DNA of 41,710 nucleotides from Octopus sinensis (lineage: Eukaryota), in NCBI RefSeq assembly GCF_006345805.1, contig NW_021835269.1:1-41710 (forward strand). The letters run 5' to 3'. The first letter of the stretch is position 1. Each line of letters starts with the position of its first letter. Shown piece by piece: positions 10,596-22,418 of this stretch. The notes under the pieces are model-generated. The model ran no database searches, was not told the DNA's origin, and was given only the letters and a program-made list of their open reading frames with translations. A program made the position numbers and the translations under genes.

Positions 10596-10619
10596 TATAC
10601 ATATATATATAGGGATTTG

Positions 10620-11075
10620 TTTAAAACATCCCCGTAACATAGCGGTTCGGCAAACGATGGGGATAGAATAAATACCAGACTTTAAAAATAAATGCTTCCG
10701 GGTTCAGTCCCACTGCGTGAAACCTTGGGCAAGTGTCTTCTACCATAGTCCCAGGCCGACCAAAATCTTGTGAGTGGATTTGGTAGACGGAAACTCAAGG
10801 AAGCCCGTCGTATATGTGTGTGTGTGTCTGTGTGTGTGTGTGTGAGCACGCGCGTGTATGTTAGTGTGTGTTCGTCCACCATCGCTTGACAACCGATGGT
10901 AGTGTGTTTACGTCCCCGTAACTTAGCGGTTCGGCAAAAGACACCAATAGAATAAGTACTAGGCTTACAAAGAATAAGTACTGGGATCAATTTATTCGAC
11001 TAAAAATCCTTCAACGCGGTACCCCAGCATGGCTGCAGCCTAATGACTTAAACAAGCAAAAGATAAAAAGAGAAG
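10620..11075 (+). mobile_element. SINE family B: mid fragment followed by a 5'-truncated copy
   Basis: B segment at 10620-10690, then B from ttccgggttcagtcc (~10695) to the tail. Confidence 0.8.
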
Positions 11076-11234
11076 ATGAAGGATGTTAAAATCAGAAATA
11101 AATTAAAAATTGACTAATTAACATAATTAGTCATCGCAACTGCTTAATACTTATTATCTACTAATTACCGCAACCCCATTTTCAGCTATGTCATCACATC
11201 GCCAGCCTTGTCATTATCTCAGCCATCCATCTCA

Positions 11235-14085
11235 AATCCTCTTCCTCCTCCTCCTCCTCCTCCTCCTCCTCATCATCATCATCATCATCATATGCATCAT
11301 CATCATCATACGCATCATCGTCATCGCCACCATTCTCATCATCGCCTCCGCTAACTTCATTATTATCTCCACCAAAATCATCACGTTCATTGTCGACTAT
11401 CATCACCATCATCGTCCCCCCCCCAACTACCACCAGCAGGACCATCACGACCACCATCACCACCGCCTTTACCACCACCACCGCCATCTCCGCTAACGCT
11501 ACCATCATCAAGAACCCCACACCTCCACCACCACCAACCACTACCAACAACGACACCACCATCACCACCAACCACCACCACCTACACCACCACTACCAAC
11601 ACCACCACCACATACACCACCACCACCAACCACCACCACCACCACCACCACCAACCACCACCACCAACTCCGCTAACACTACCATCATCAAGAACCCCAC
11701 ACCACCACCAACAACACCACCATCACCACCAATCACCACCACCACCACCACCATCTCCATCACCACCATCACCTCGCTCACCATTTCCTATGACTACCGC
11801 CACCACCACCACCACCAGCACTACAACTACCAGCATAACCATCACTTCCACCATCACACGCACCACACCCCGTGAACTCTGCTATCGCCACCACTACCAC
11901 CACCACCACCACCACCAGCACCACCACCACCAACAACAACAACAACACCATCATCAACACCCCCACAACCACCACAATCACCACCAGCACTACCACCAAC
12001 AACAACAACACCACCACCATCATCAACAACAACAACACCACCACCACCACCACCACCACCACCACCAGCACCATCACCAACAACAACAACAACACCATCA
12101 CCACCACACACCACCACCACCAACACCATCATCAACACCCCCTACAACCACCACAATCACCACCAGCACTACCACCAACAACAACAACACCACCACCATC
12201 ATCAACAACAACAACACCACCACCACCACCACCACCACCACTATCACCAACAACAACAACAACACCATCACCACCACACACCACCACTACCAACACCATC
12301 ATCAACACCCCCCACAACCACCACAATCACCACCAGCACTACCACCAACAACAACAACACCACCACCATCATCAACAACAACACCACCACCACCACACCA
12401 CCACCACCACCAGCACCATCACCAACAACAACAACAACACCATCACCACCACACACCACCACCACCACCTCTCATTAACTCTCCAGTGTTATTCCTGCTA
12501 GAACCATCTTTCCATTCATTATCAATGAGAGCAACACCTGCTACACAGCCAATAATCTAAGCTGCTGCTGCTGCTGCTACTACTACCACCACCGCCACCA
12601 CCACCACCACTACCACCACTACAACTACCACCACTGCTACTACTACTACGACTATAACTGCCAGAACTACTTCCGCTACCAATTGCAATCCCACCAATAC
12701 CATCACCATCACTACGACAACTACCACCACCACCAACAATAATAACAACCACCACTACCACCACCACTGCTACTATAAGTAATACCACTACTATCGCTAT
12801 AACTGCAACTAACACCACCACCACTCCTACTACTACTACTACTGCTACTACTGCTACAAATACTACTACTACTACTACTACTACTACTGCTGCTTGCTAC
12901 CAGTACTACTACTACTACTACTATTACTGCTGCTGCTGCTGTTATTACTACTACTACTACTACTACCACCAAAAGTGCTACTCCTACTTCCTACTCTTAC
13001 AACCACCACTACTACCACTACTATCGCCACCACCACCACCAACAACACCCCCACTACTAACACCACCACCATTACTACTACTACTAATATTATCACCACT
13101 ACGACCAACACCCCCCACTACCATGACCACCACCATTACTACTACTACTAATACTACTACTACTATTACTACTACCACTAGCAGTAGTGGTGGTACAATT
13201 ATAGTAGTAGTAGTAGTAGTAGTAAAACATCTACTGCCATGCTACTACCGAAACGCATACTACAACCACTACTACCACTTCTAGCGAAACCACAGGCACC
13301 TCTACTACAAACAACACCACTACTACCACTACCACGAATACTACTACTACTATTACCACAAAGACCACTGCAACCGACGCTGTTCGACTGACATCAGCGA
13401 ACGGCAACGGTTTACTACCACCGCCACACAACGACATGAAATCTCACAACAACCACCTCGCTAAAACAGTAACAACTGGCACCACAACATCAGCAGCATC
13501 GATATCGATATCGACGTCATCGTGATAACAACAACAACAATACCAACAACAATGACAATAGTATCCTCAGCATCATCATCCTCATCATCATCATCATCAC
13601 CATCATCATCATCACCATCATCGTAATTATCATCATCATCATCATCATCATCATTATATTCCTCCTCCTCCTCATCATCATCATTATCCTCCTCCTCCTC
13701 CTCGTCATCATCATCATCATCACCATCATCATCGTCATCATCATCATCGTCACCATCATCGTCGTAATCATCATCCTCACCACCATCATCTTCATCATCA
13801 TCATCATCACCATCATCATCATCACCATCATCGTAATTATCATCATCATCATCATCATCATCATTATATTCCTCCTCCTCCTCATCATCATCATTATCCT
13901 CCTCCTCCTCCTCGTCATCATCATCATCAATCATCATCATCATCGTCACCATCATCGTCGTAATCATCATCCTCACCACCATCATCTTCATCATCATCAT
14001 CCTCATCATCATCATCATCTCATCATCATCATCCTCATCATCCTCATCCTCCTCCTCCTCATCATCATCATCATCACCATCATCG
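11235..14085. repeat. ~2.85-kb compound trinucleotide field (CAT, CAC, CAA, TAC, CCT) with higher-order repeats
   Basis: Direct reading. ~170-180-bp units at 11947-12466 and a ~200-bp duplication at 13570-13995. Confidence 0.9.
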
Positions 14086-14359
14086 CTATATTTATCTGCC
14101 AGATAAAATCCACGACCCTCCAAAGGGTGCCAACTGCGCCAAAATCGCGACGAGTGGTTCTCCTCTCCCTATCTGCTCCAAGTGTAACCTTAACCCCCTC
14201 GCATAACACATACAAACACACACACACAAACACTGATAGAGAGAGAGAGAGAGAGAGAAACTCACACACAAGCATCTATATATACACACATATATACGTA
14301 CATACATGCTTGTAAATAAGTGTGTATGCATGCATGTAAATATGTATATACATGTATAG

Positions 14360-14390
<31 letters not shown>

Positions 14391-14399
<9 letters not shown>

Positions 14400-14535
14400 T
14401 ATACACACATGCACACACACAGACATCTACACATATACTTCTATATGTGTGTATATACATATGTATATGTATATATATATACATGTATACACATATATTC
14501 ACACACATATACATACATATACATTAGAACTATAT

Positions 14536-14587
<52 letters not shown>

Positions 14588-14845
14588 TGTACATATATAG
14601 TGCATAAATTATATATATAATTACACACTATATATGTATATGCATATATATATATATATAGGTATGTATATACACACACACATATATATATATAATATAT
14701 ATATATATATATACACACATGCACACACACAGACATCTACACATATACTTCTATATGTGTGTATATACATATGTATATGTATATATATATACATGTATAC
14801 ACATATATTCACACACATATACATACATATACATTAGAACTATAT

Positions 14846-14897
<52 letters not shown>

Positions 14898-15010
14898 TGT
14901 ACATATATAGTGCATAAATTATATATATAATTACACACTATATATGTATATGCATATATATATATATATAGGTATGTATATACACACACACATATATATA
15001 TATATATATT
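14391..15010. repeat. 310-bp tandem duplication in TA/CA-rich simple sequence
   Basis: Landmarks recur at exactly +310: 14401/14711, 14521/14831, 14581/14891 and 14661/14971. Confidence 0.9.
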
Positions 15011-15799
15011 ATATATACCCACACATATGTGCGTACACATACGCTTACACACACACACACACACACGCACACGCCACCATCACTTCCATGATGCTAGTTA
15101 AGGCCCTGTCTACTCTAACATGAGTAACCCCTGAAAAATAAAACTACCAAAACGACCCTTTCCACCTGCCTTGCCCCACCTCCCTAATTATTCCCTGTTA
15201 AGCCTCGTTCCCGTTACGTCTACCCTTATAGTTTTACCTTCGAGGCTGTCTACAAAGTCAGGCTATGTCTATATATAGTCATACCTAGCAACCAGCAACG
15301 TCACCCAGCTGCTAACGATCGTAGATTTAAGGGCCAGCAGCAGCCCCCACTATAACCTTGATACTTTTCAAGACTCATTAATACCATGAACGCAATAAAT
15401 ACTCAAATATTTGCCCTGCTCTCACCCCGTTCCATTCATTGAACGGAGTTTCTACGCGGCTGCAGAATCTACCAGAAATAACATACAGATTCTCCCTTAT
15501 ATCACGCCTTTCTGTCTAAACGAGGAAGCGTACAGTCGCTAATGTAATCCAAGGTGCATTGTGCCTGATTACTACAATGTCTTTCACTGCAGATTTCTGC
15601 TGAATCAGCACAAAAACGCGACTAAAAAAAGATAACTAGACTATATTAAATATTCTATATAATATATATATATATATACAAGATATAATAACAATATTAC
15701 ATAACAGAAACATATAAATATATGGTTGTGTGCGTGTGTGCGTGTTATATACTAAATATAACACATATAAAACGCATTAGATATAATATATATATGTAT

Positions 15800-15855
15800 C
15801 TTTTATGTTTATCATGTATCAGTCATTAGACTGCGGCCATGCTGGGGCACCGCCT

Positions 15856-15858
<3 letters not shown>
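15800..15858 (-). mobile_element. SINE family B 3' end fragment
   Basis: cagtcattagactgcggccatgctggggcaccgcc. Confidence 0.7.
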
Positions 15859-15904
<46 letters not shown>

Positions 15905-15912
15905 GTATGTAT

Positions 15913-16220
15913 ATCACGTGATCACGTGACCGACCAGACCATCAGACGTTGCTACACATCGCTGGTCACAATGCGTTCGCATTGTTTTAGCCTTCGAATG
16001 ACGCCACCCCGCTGGCTAAGCGAGCAGGCCAACAGAAGAAAGAGTGAGAGAAAGTTGTGGTGAAAGAGTACAGCAGGGATCACCACCCCCTGCAGGAGCC
16101 TCGTGGAGCTTTTAAGGTGTTTTCGCTCAATAAACAAAACAACGCCCGGTCTGGGAATCGAAACCGCGATCCTTCGACCGCGAGTTCGCTGCCCTAACCA
16201 CTAGGCCATTGCGCCTCCAC
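15913..16220 (-). mobile_element. SINE family A, tail A2, full length
   Basis: Head ...ccattgcgcctccac at 16220 and tail atcacgtgatcacgtgac. atatatgtat lies on both flanks. Confidence 0.9.
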
Positions 16221-16239
16221 ATATATGTATATATGAGCT

Positions 16240-16616
16240 TTTATTTCTTTATTTGTTTCAGTCCCTGAATTTAAGTCGAATGAATCGACTCCGGTACATA
16301 TTGTTTAAGCCTGGTTCTTATTCTGTTGGTCACTTTCGCCTAGCCGCTATGTTGCGGGAATGCAAACACGCAAACACCGGTTGTCAAGCTGTGATGTTGG
16401 GGAGATAAACACAAACACATACGTACCTGTATGCATATATATATATATGTGTGTGTGTGTATGAAAGAGCTTCTTTCAGTTTCCGTCTACACAATCCGCT
16501 CACAAGGCTTTGGTCGGCCCAAGGCTTCAGTAGAAGACACTTGCCCAAGGTGCCACGCAGTGGGACTGAACCCGGAATCATGTGGTTGGGAAGGAAGCTT
16601 CTTACCACAGAGCCAC
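16240..16616 (-). mobile_element. Older SINE family B
   Basis: Diverged B head, core and 3' part with an internal deletion. Confidence 0.8.
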
Positions 16617-16637
16617 ACATATATATTACATATTCTT

Positions 16638-16928
16638 ATGGCCTAATGGTTAGGGCAGCGGACTCGCGGTCGCAGGATCGCGGTTTCGATTCCCAGACCG
16701 GGCGTTGTGTGTGTTTATTGAGCGAAAACACCTAAAAGCTCCACGAGGCTCCGGCAGGGGGGGGGGTGATCCCTGCTGTACTCTTTCACCACTCTTTCTC
16801 CCACTCTTTCTTCTGTTGGCCTGCTCGCTTAGCCAGCGGGGTGGCGTCATTCGAAGGCTAAAACAATGCGAAGCGCATTGTGACCAGCGATGTGTAACAA
16901 CATCTGATGGTCTGGTCGGTCACGTGAT

Positions 16929-16934
<6 letters not shown>
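16638..16934 (+). mobile_element. SINE family A, tail A2
   Basis: atggcctaatggttagggcagcgg head and gtcacgtgatcacgtg tail running into (TA)n. Confidence 0.9.
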
Positions 16935-16961
<27 letters not shown>

Positions 16962-17034
16962 CTAGATACTAGAAATACATTATCTACTAGTTATGTTATA
17001 CCGAAGCGATTATGCATATTAAATATATGCGTAT

Positions 17035-17380
17035 GCGTCTGCATGGTTGCGTGATAAGATGTTTGCTTCCCAGCCATATGGTTCTGGGTTCAGTCCCACA
17101 GCTTGGCATCTTGCGCAGGTGTCTTCTAATATAGCCTCGGGCCGACCGAAGCCTTGTTAGTGGATTTAGTAGAAACTGAAAGAATCCCATCCTAAGTGAG
17201 CGTGTGTGTGCGTCTTTGAGTCGATGTTTGTTCTCCACCACCAACCAGTGTTGTGTTTACGTCCCCGTAACTTAGCGTTTCGGCAATAGGGACCAATAGA
17301 ATAAGTACCGGGCTGAAAGGTCTTCAAGGCTGTGCCCCAGGAGGGCTGCTTTCTAATGACTGAAACAAGTTAAAGATAAG
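17035..17380 (+). mobile_element. Old SINE family B
   Basis: Diverged but collinear with the B consensus seen in this window. Confidence 0.75.
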
Positions 17381-17480
17381 TTATCAAAAATACATATATG
17401 TATACACACACACACACATATATACACGCATACATGCTTATATATATATATATATATATATATATACTATATGCAACATT

Positions 17481-17713
17481 AGGGCGGCGAGCTGGCAGAA
17501 ACGTTAGCACGCCGGGCGAAATGCGTAGCCGTATTTCGTCTGCCGTTACGTTCTGAGTTCAAATTCTGCCGAGGTCGACTTTGCCTTTCATCCTTTCGGG
17601 GTCGATAAATTAAGTAGCAGTTACGCACTGGGGTCGATATAATCGACTTAATCCGTTTGTCTGTCCTTATTTGTCCCCTCTGTGTTTAGCCCCTTGTGGG
17701 TAGTAAAGAAATA
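17481..17713 (+). mobile_element. SINE family C monomer
   Basis: ggcggcgagctggcagaa head and B box gagttcaaatt. 20-bp TSD tatatactatatgcaacatt at 17461-17480 and 17714-17733. Confidence 0.92.
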
Positions 17714-18212
17714 TATATACTATATGCAACATTCTTTATATACAAGTCAACGAGCTTTATATACCAACCACTACAAGCTGTCGGACTTGCTAGAAATAGC
17801 TATGAAATCCACTCTATCCTTCGAAAATATGGCTGGTACATTAGACAACATATTTTTATTTACTGTAATGTCAGATACAGGTGTGATAGTCACGGCTGGA
17901 ACATCCTTGATCATCAGTATGCTTTATTAAGAAATAGAAAATTAGGTCAACTCTAGCTATTTAGATTATCTGCTCTCATCAGATCATCGCCATCGTCGTC
18001 GATGCCATCGTCGTCACTGTCGTCGTCATCATCTTCATTGGTAATTTATCGATAGTCAATGTTCACTGTCTGTACGAAATACCGTAAATTGTATCGATCT
18101 CCGCCACTGTCTTCTGCCCCCACCTCACCCCCCAGCAGCTGTGATTCAGCTGTATGTGTGTGTATCTATTTCCTCTGTCTGTAGATTACGTTACTTGTAT
18201 CCTTAAATAAGT

Positions 18213-18603
18213 GGGAAGCACTCCGTCGGTTACGACGACGAGGGTTCCGGTTGATCCGAATCATCAACGGAACAGCCTGCCCGTGAAATTAACGTGTTAG
18301 TGGCTGAGCACTCCACAGACACGTATAATACCCTTAACGTAGTTCTCGGGGATATTCAGCGTGACACAGAGAGTGACAAGGCCGGGCCCTTTGAAATACA
18401 GGTACAACAGAAACAGAAAGTAAGAGTGAGAGAAAGTTGTGGCTAAAAAGTACAGCAGGGATCACCACCATCCCTGCCGGAGCCTCGTGGAGCTTTAGGT
18501 GTTTTCGCTCAATAAAAACTCACAACGCCCGGTCTGGGAATCGAAACCGCGATCCTACGACCGCGAGTCCGCTGCCCTAACCACTGGGCCATTGCGCCTC
18601 TAC
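18213..18603 (-). mobile_element. SINE family A, tail A1, full length
   Basis: 14-bp TSD atccttaaataagt at 18199-18212 and 18604-18617. Confidence 0.92.
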
Positions 18604-18962
18604 ATCCTTAAATAAGTAAACCCTTCGTAAAAGACATAGAAACGTCAAATTTTACCTATTTCTCTTATCGACTGACAAATATAGACGAACAGCCTGAATC
18701 GATTTTTTGGCCCTTCAAGGGGATTCGTCACGGGTGTCTGTATCTCTTGACCAATCTCAACGAAACCAGTAGCCAATCCGTGTATGTAACTGAAAACGTT
18801 CTCAGCGGGACAAGCCCGTTGTAGTTCAGGCTTCCGCCGCTAGAAGCTACGTGATGCAGCCCTCAGACGCTAGTCTGCCGACCGCTACTGTCCAGTGGGG
18901 TCATACATCTACGTGTTGGGTCTTTGTTTTACAGTGATTCTCCCCTCTGCTCGATTTTCGCA

Positions 18963-19774
18963 ATGGCTGAAATGAAAAGACAGTGTGCTCCCGTGGAATT
19001 CTGTTTTCTGCTGGTTGGGAAACGGTAGCCGAAACAGTTGTCATACTTCAAACAACTTAGAAGGCCGCTGTCACATGCAAAACACGAGTTTACGAGTGGG
19101 TTTCACGCTTTAGTAGTAACTCGTCGCTTGAGGACCAGCGTCGTTCAGGGCGACTGCCGACCTCTCGAACGAATGAAGACATCATGAAAATTCTTGAACT
19201 GATCTTGGAGGACCGTCATCGAACAATTGACGAACTTGTTGATATGACTAGTGTGTCCTGGAGCTCCTGCCAACGATTTCTGAGCAAGGAATTGAGTAGT
19301 GGAAGCACATGGCCTAGTGGTTAGAGCAGCGGACTCGCGATCGAGGGATTGCGGGTTCGAATCTCAGACCGGGCGATGTGTGTGTTTATGAGCAAAACAC
19401 TGAAGCTCCACGCGGCTCCGGCAGAAGGTAATGGCGAATCTCTGCTGACTCTTTCGCCACAACTTTCTCTCACTCTTTTCCTCCTGCATCTTGCAGCTCA
19501 CCTGCGACGGACCGGCGTCCCGTCCAGGTGGGTAACCCATACGCCAAGGAAACCGGGAAACCGGCCCTTATGAGCCAAGGCGTGGCTCGAGAAGGAAGGA
19601 AGGAATTGTGTTGCAGCTAAGGAAAAGAGGGGCAACAAAATTTGTGCCTCGCTTGGTCACGGAAGATCAAAAGCAGTCACGACTGAAAGCGTATCGTGAA
19701 CTCAAAGAACAGTTGGAAGTTGATCCGGACCTTTTTACCGAAGGTCATCACAGGTAACGAGAGCTGATGCTACG
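18963..19774 (+). pseudogene. Decayed mariner (Tc1/mariner) transposase, interrupted by a SINE
   Basis: MAEMKRQ...EFCFLL...TRVYEWVSRF...LEDQRRSGR..TSRT...ILEDRHRTIDEL...SWSSCQRFLSKEL, then after the SINE KFVPRLVTEDQKQSR...KVITGNES*CY. These correspond to the WVPHEL-like and ITGDESW motifs. Stops and frameshifts are present. Confidence 0.85.
19299..19599 (+). mobile_element. SINE family A, tail A3, inserted in the mariner
   Basis: A-type head with tail cacctgcgacggaccggcgtcccgtccagg...gctcgagaagg. aaggaattg is repeated at 19286-19294 and 19600-19608. Confidence 0.88.
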
Positions 19775-19782
19775 TATATATA

Positions 19783-20232
19783 GACGCAGGTGTGGCTATG
19801 TGGTAGGAAGTTTGCTCCTCAGGCACATGCTTCTGGGTTCAGTCCCACTGAGTGACACTTTAGTCAAGTGTCTTTTACTGTAACTTAGGGCCGACCAGAT
19901 TTCGTAGACGAAAACTGAAACACATCATACACATGTGCGTGTGTCTGTGTGTGTCTGTGTGTGTGTGTGTGTGCGTGTGTGCGTGTGTGCGTGTGTGCGT
20001 GTGTGCGCGCGCGTGTGTGTGTGTGTGTCCTCCGCCACCGCTTGATATCGGTGTTTGTTGTGCTTACGTCCCCATAACATAGCGCTTCGGCATAAGGACC
20101 GATAGAATAAGTGCCGGGTTTTTTTTTAAAAAAGCTATGTAGTGAGATCTATTCTTTCACCTAAAATTCTTCAAAGCGGTGCCCCAGCATGGCCACAATC
20201 TAGTGACTGAAAGAAGTAAAAAAATAAAAGAT
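19783..20232 (+). mobile_element. Older SINE family B, full length
   Basis: Collinear with B, with an internal (GT)n expansion. Confidence 0.8.
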
Positions 20233-20263
20233 ATGTATGTGTGTGAGAGAGAGAGAGAGAGAG

Positions 20264-20317
<54 letters not shown>

Positions 20318-20806
20318 TGTGTGTGTGTGTGTGTGCGTGTGCGTGTGTATGTGTGTGTGTGTTCTTTATAGCAAGAGATTAGCTTTTGGGTAGCGGAGTG
20401 GAGGACAAGGTTTCGATTCTCGGTTATCAACCCAGTTCTTCTTACTGAGCCAGTAAGGTGAATTGCAGAATATCACATGACCTCCTTTTCATCTCTTATA
20501 GATTCCATTCTATTGTGCTTAGGTATGACCTCACTATGTCCCCAATATTTCTCTGATCATTGACCTTTCACCTACGATATCATCCCTTCAATCACTAAGT
20601 TCAAAGGTCACGGATCAATCATTACTCCGCTATCGTCTCTTGCCATTGTCTTTCTCGTGAATTAATTTACCAGCATATTCCCCACCAAAAACGATTTTCA
20701 GTTCTAATCAATTTTGCTATAGAAAGAAAGTTATGACACTTCGATAGCGAATTTATAACATTCAGTACCATTTTATATTCATTTATTGGAGATATGACAG
20801 ACCGGA

Positions 20807-21223
20807 GGGCGACGAGCTGGCAGAAGCATTAGCACGCCGGACAAAATGCGTAATCGTATTTCGTCTGCCGCTACGTTCTGAGTTCAAATTCCGCCGAGGT
20901 CGACATTGCCTTTCATCTTTTCGGGTCCATAAATTAAGTACCAGTTACGCACTGGGGTCGATATAATAGACTTAATCCCTTTGTCTGTCCTTGTTTGTCC
21001 TCTCTGTATTTAGCCCCTTGTGGGTAGTAAAGAAATAGGTATTTCGTCTGCCGCTACGTTCCGAGTTCAAATTCCGCCGAGGTCGACTTTGCCTTTCATC
21101 CATTCGGGGTCGATAAATTAAGTACCAGTTACGCACTGGGGTCAATGTAATCGACTTAATCCGTTTGTCTGTCCTCGTTTGTCCTCTCTGTGTTTAGCCC
21201 CTTGTGGGCTGTAAAGAAATAGG
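20807..21223 (+). mobile_element. SINE family C dimer (head plus two ~184-bp units)
   Basis: Junction aaagaaatag|gtatttcg at 21038/21039. TSD-like tatgaca(g/c)accgga at 20793-20806 and 21224-21237. Confidence 0.88.
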
Positions 21224-21230
21224 TATGACA

Positions 21231-21390
21231 CACCGGACAATATGTTTAGCGGCCATTTCGTCTGTCTTTACGTTTTGGGTTAAGATTCCACCCAGGTCGA
21301 CTTCATCTTTCATCCTTTCAAGGAGGTCGACAAAATAACTACCATTTGAAAACTGGGATCGATGTAATCGACTTATTCCTCCCCACCCCG
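21231..21390 (+). mobile_element. Old C2-type SINE fragment
   Basis: Diverged accggacaa...catttcgtctgtctttacg...catcctttc...gatgtaatcgact. Confidence 0.65.
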
Positions 21391-21563
21391 ATGTTACTTG
21401 ATTTGTGTTAAAATTTAATACCAATATCGTCCCTCTCCTTTGTCTATTCCGTGATGCAATTCGCCTAAAAGAAATCTTCAGTTCGAATTAATTTTGCGAT
21501 AGAAATTTATGACAGGTCAATATCGATTCTATTTATCTAGCTCCACCTCATTTATTTATTCAT

Positions 21564-21594
<31 letters not shown>

Positions 21595-21686
21595 TTGGTG
21601 ATTGGAATGTAGTAACGTCTCAGAATTGTCACCGCATCGAAGAACATGCGTAGCATCAAATCGTCCGATTTTATGTTCCATGTTCA

Positions 21687-22050
21687 AATACCTATTTCTT
21701 TACTACCCACAAGGGGCTAAACACAGAGGGGACAAACAAGGACAGACATAGGTATTAAGTCGATTACATCGACCCAAGTGCGTAACTGGTACTTAATTTA
21801 TCGACCCCGAAAGGATGAAAGGCAAAGTCGACCTCGGCGGAATTTGAACTCAGAACGCAACGGTAGACGAAATACCTATTTCTTTATTACCCACAAGGGG
21901 TTAAACACAGAGAGGACAAATAAGGACAGACAAACGGATTAAATCGATTATATCGACCTCAGTGCGTAACTGGTACTTAGAACGTAACGGCAGACGAAAT
22001 ACCGCTAAGCATTTCGCCCGGCGTGCTAACGTTTCTGCCAGCTAGCCGCC
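21687..22050 (-). mobile_element. SINE family C dimer (first unit internally deleted)
   Basis: Head at 22050. The same unit junction occurs at 21875/21876. Confidence 0.85.
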
Positions 22051-22139
22051 TTTACGTTATTCATTATTAAACTTTATTGAATCACAACTTTATTGGAAGG
22101 AAACTAAGAAACAGGAGAAAAAAGTGAGGGGATTATGTT

Positions 22140-22364
22140 CCAGTATAAACACATGGGCCAGACCGACTACAATCAGTTTGCGCCTGTCGCCGTTGTGACC
22201 TTAGATGCCCTCGGATCCCACATTACCGATTTCCCCGCAAAATCGGGTCAACGGTGGCTCGTCTGCGAAATGAGCTCCTCGAGGAAAAGTGACCTATGCA
22301 GCGAGTGTCGTTGGCCGTTCTCCGCGGCAACGCCATAGTGGTCATCACCGCAGGGCGCTGCTGA
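22140..22364 (+). pseudogene. C-terminal fragment of a CRE-like (RLE-type) non-LTR retrotransposon
   Basis: QYKHMG...FAPVAVVTLDALG, then after a frameshift MQRVSLAVLRGNAIVV. This matches the FxPxAxETLG...QRLSxAxQRGNA signature. Confidence 0.6.
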
Positions 22365-22418
22365 GCATACCATTTGTTCTGGTGGTGGGTGGATGGCCCA
22401 GGTACCTGTAGTACTGTA

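Noticed and set aside
9180-14123. Long Thr/His/Val/Gly/Asp-rich ORFs (mucin-like)
   Set aside because: They are open in several frames on both strands, with frameshifting unit changes. This is simple-repeat read-through.
15090-15620. Unique-looking block that could hide an exon
   Set aside because: There is no convincing ORF, splice-site pair or recognisable motif on either strand by eye.
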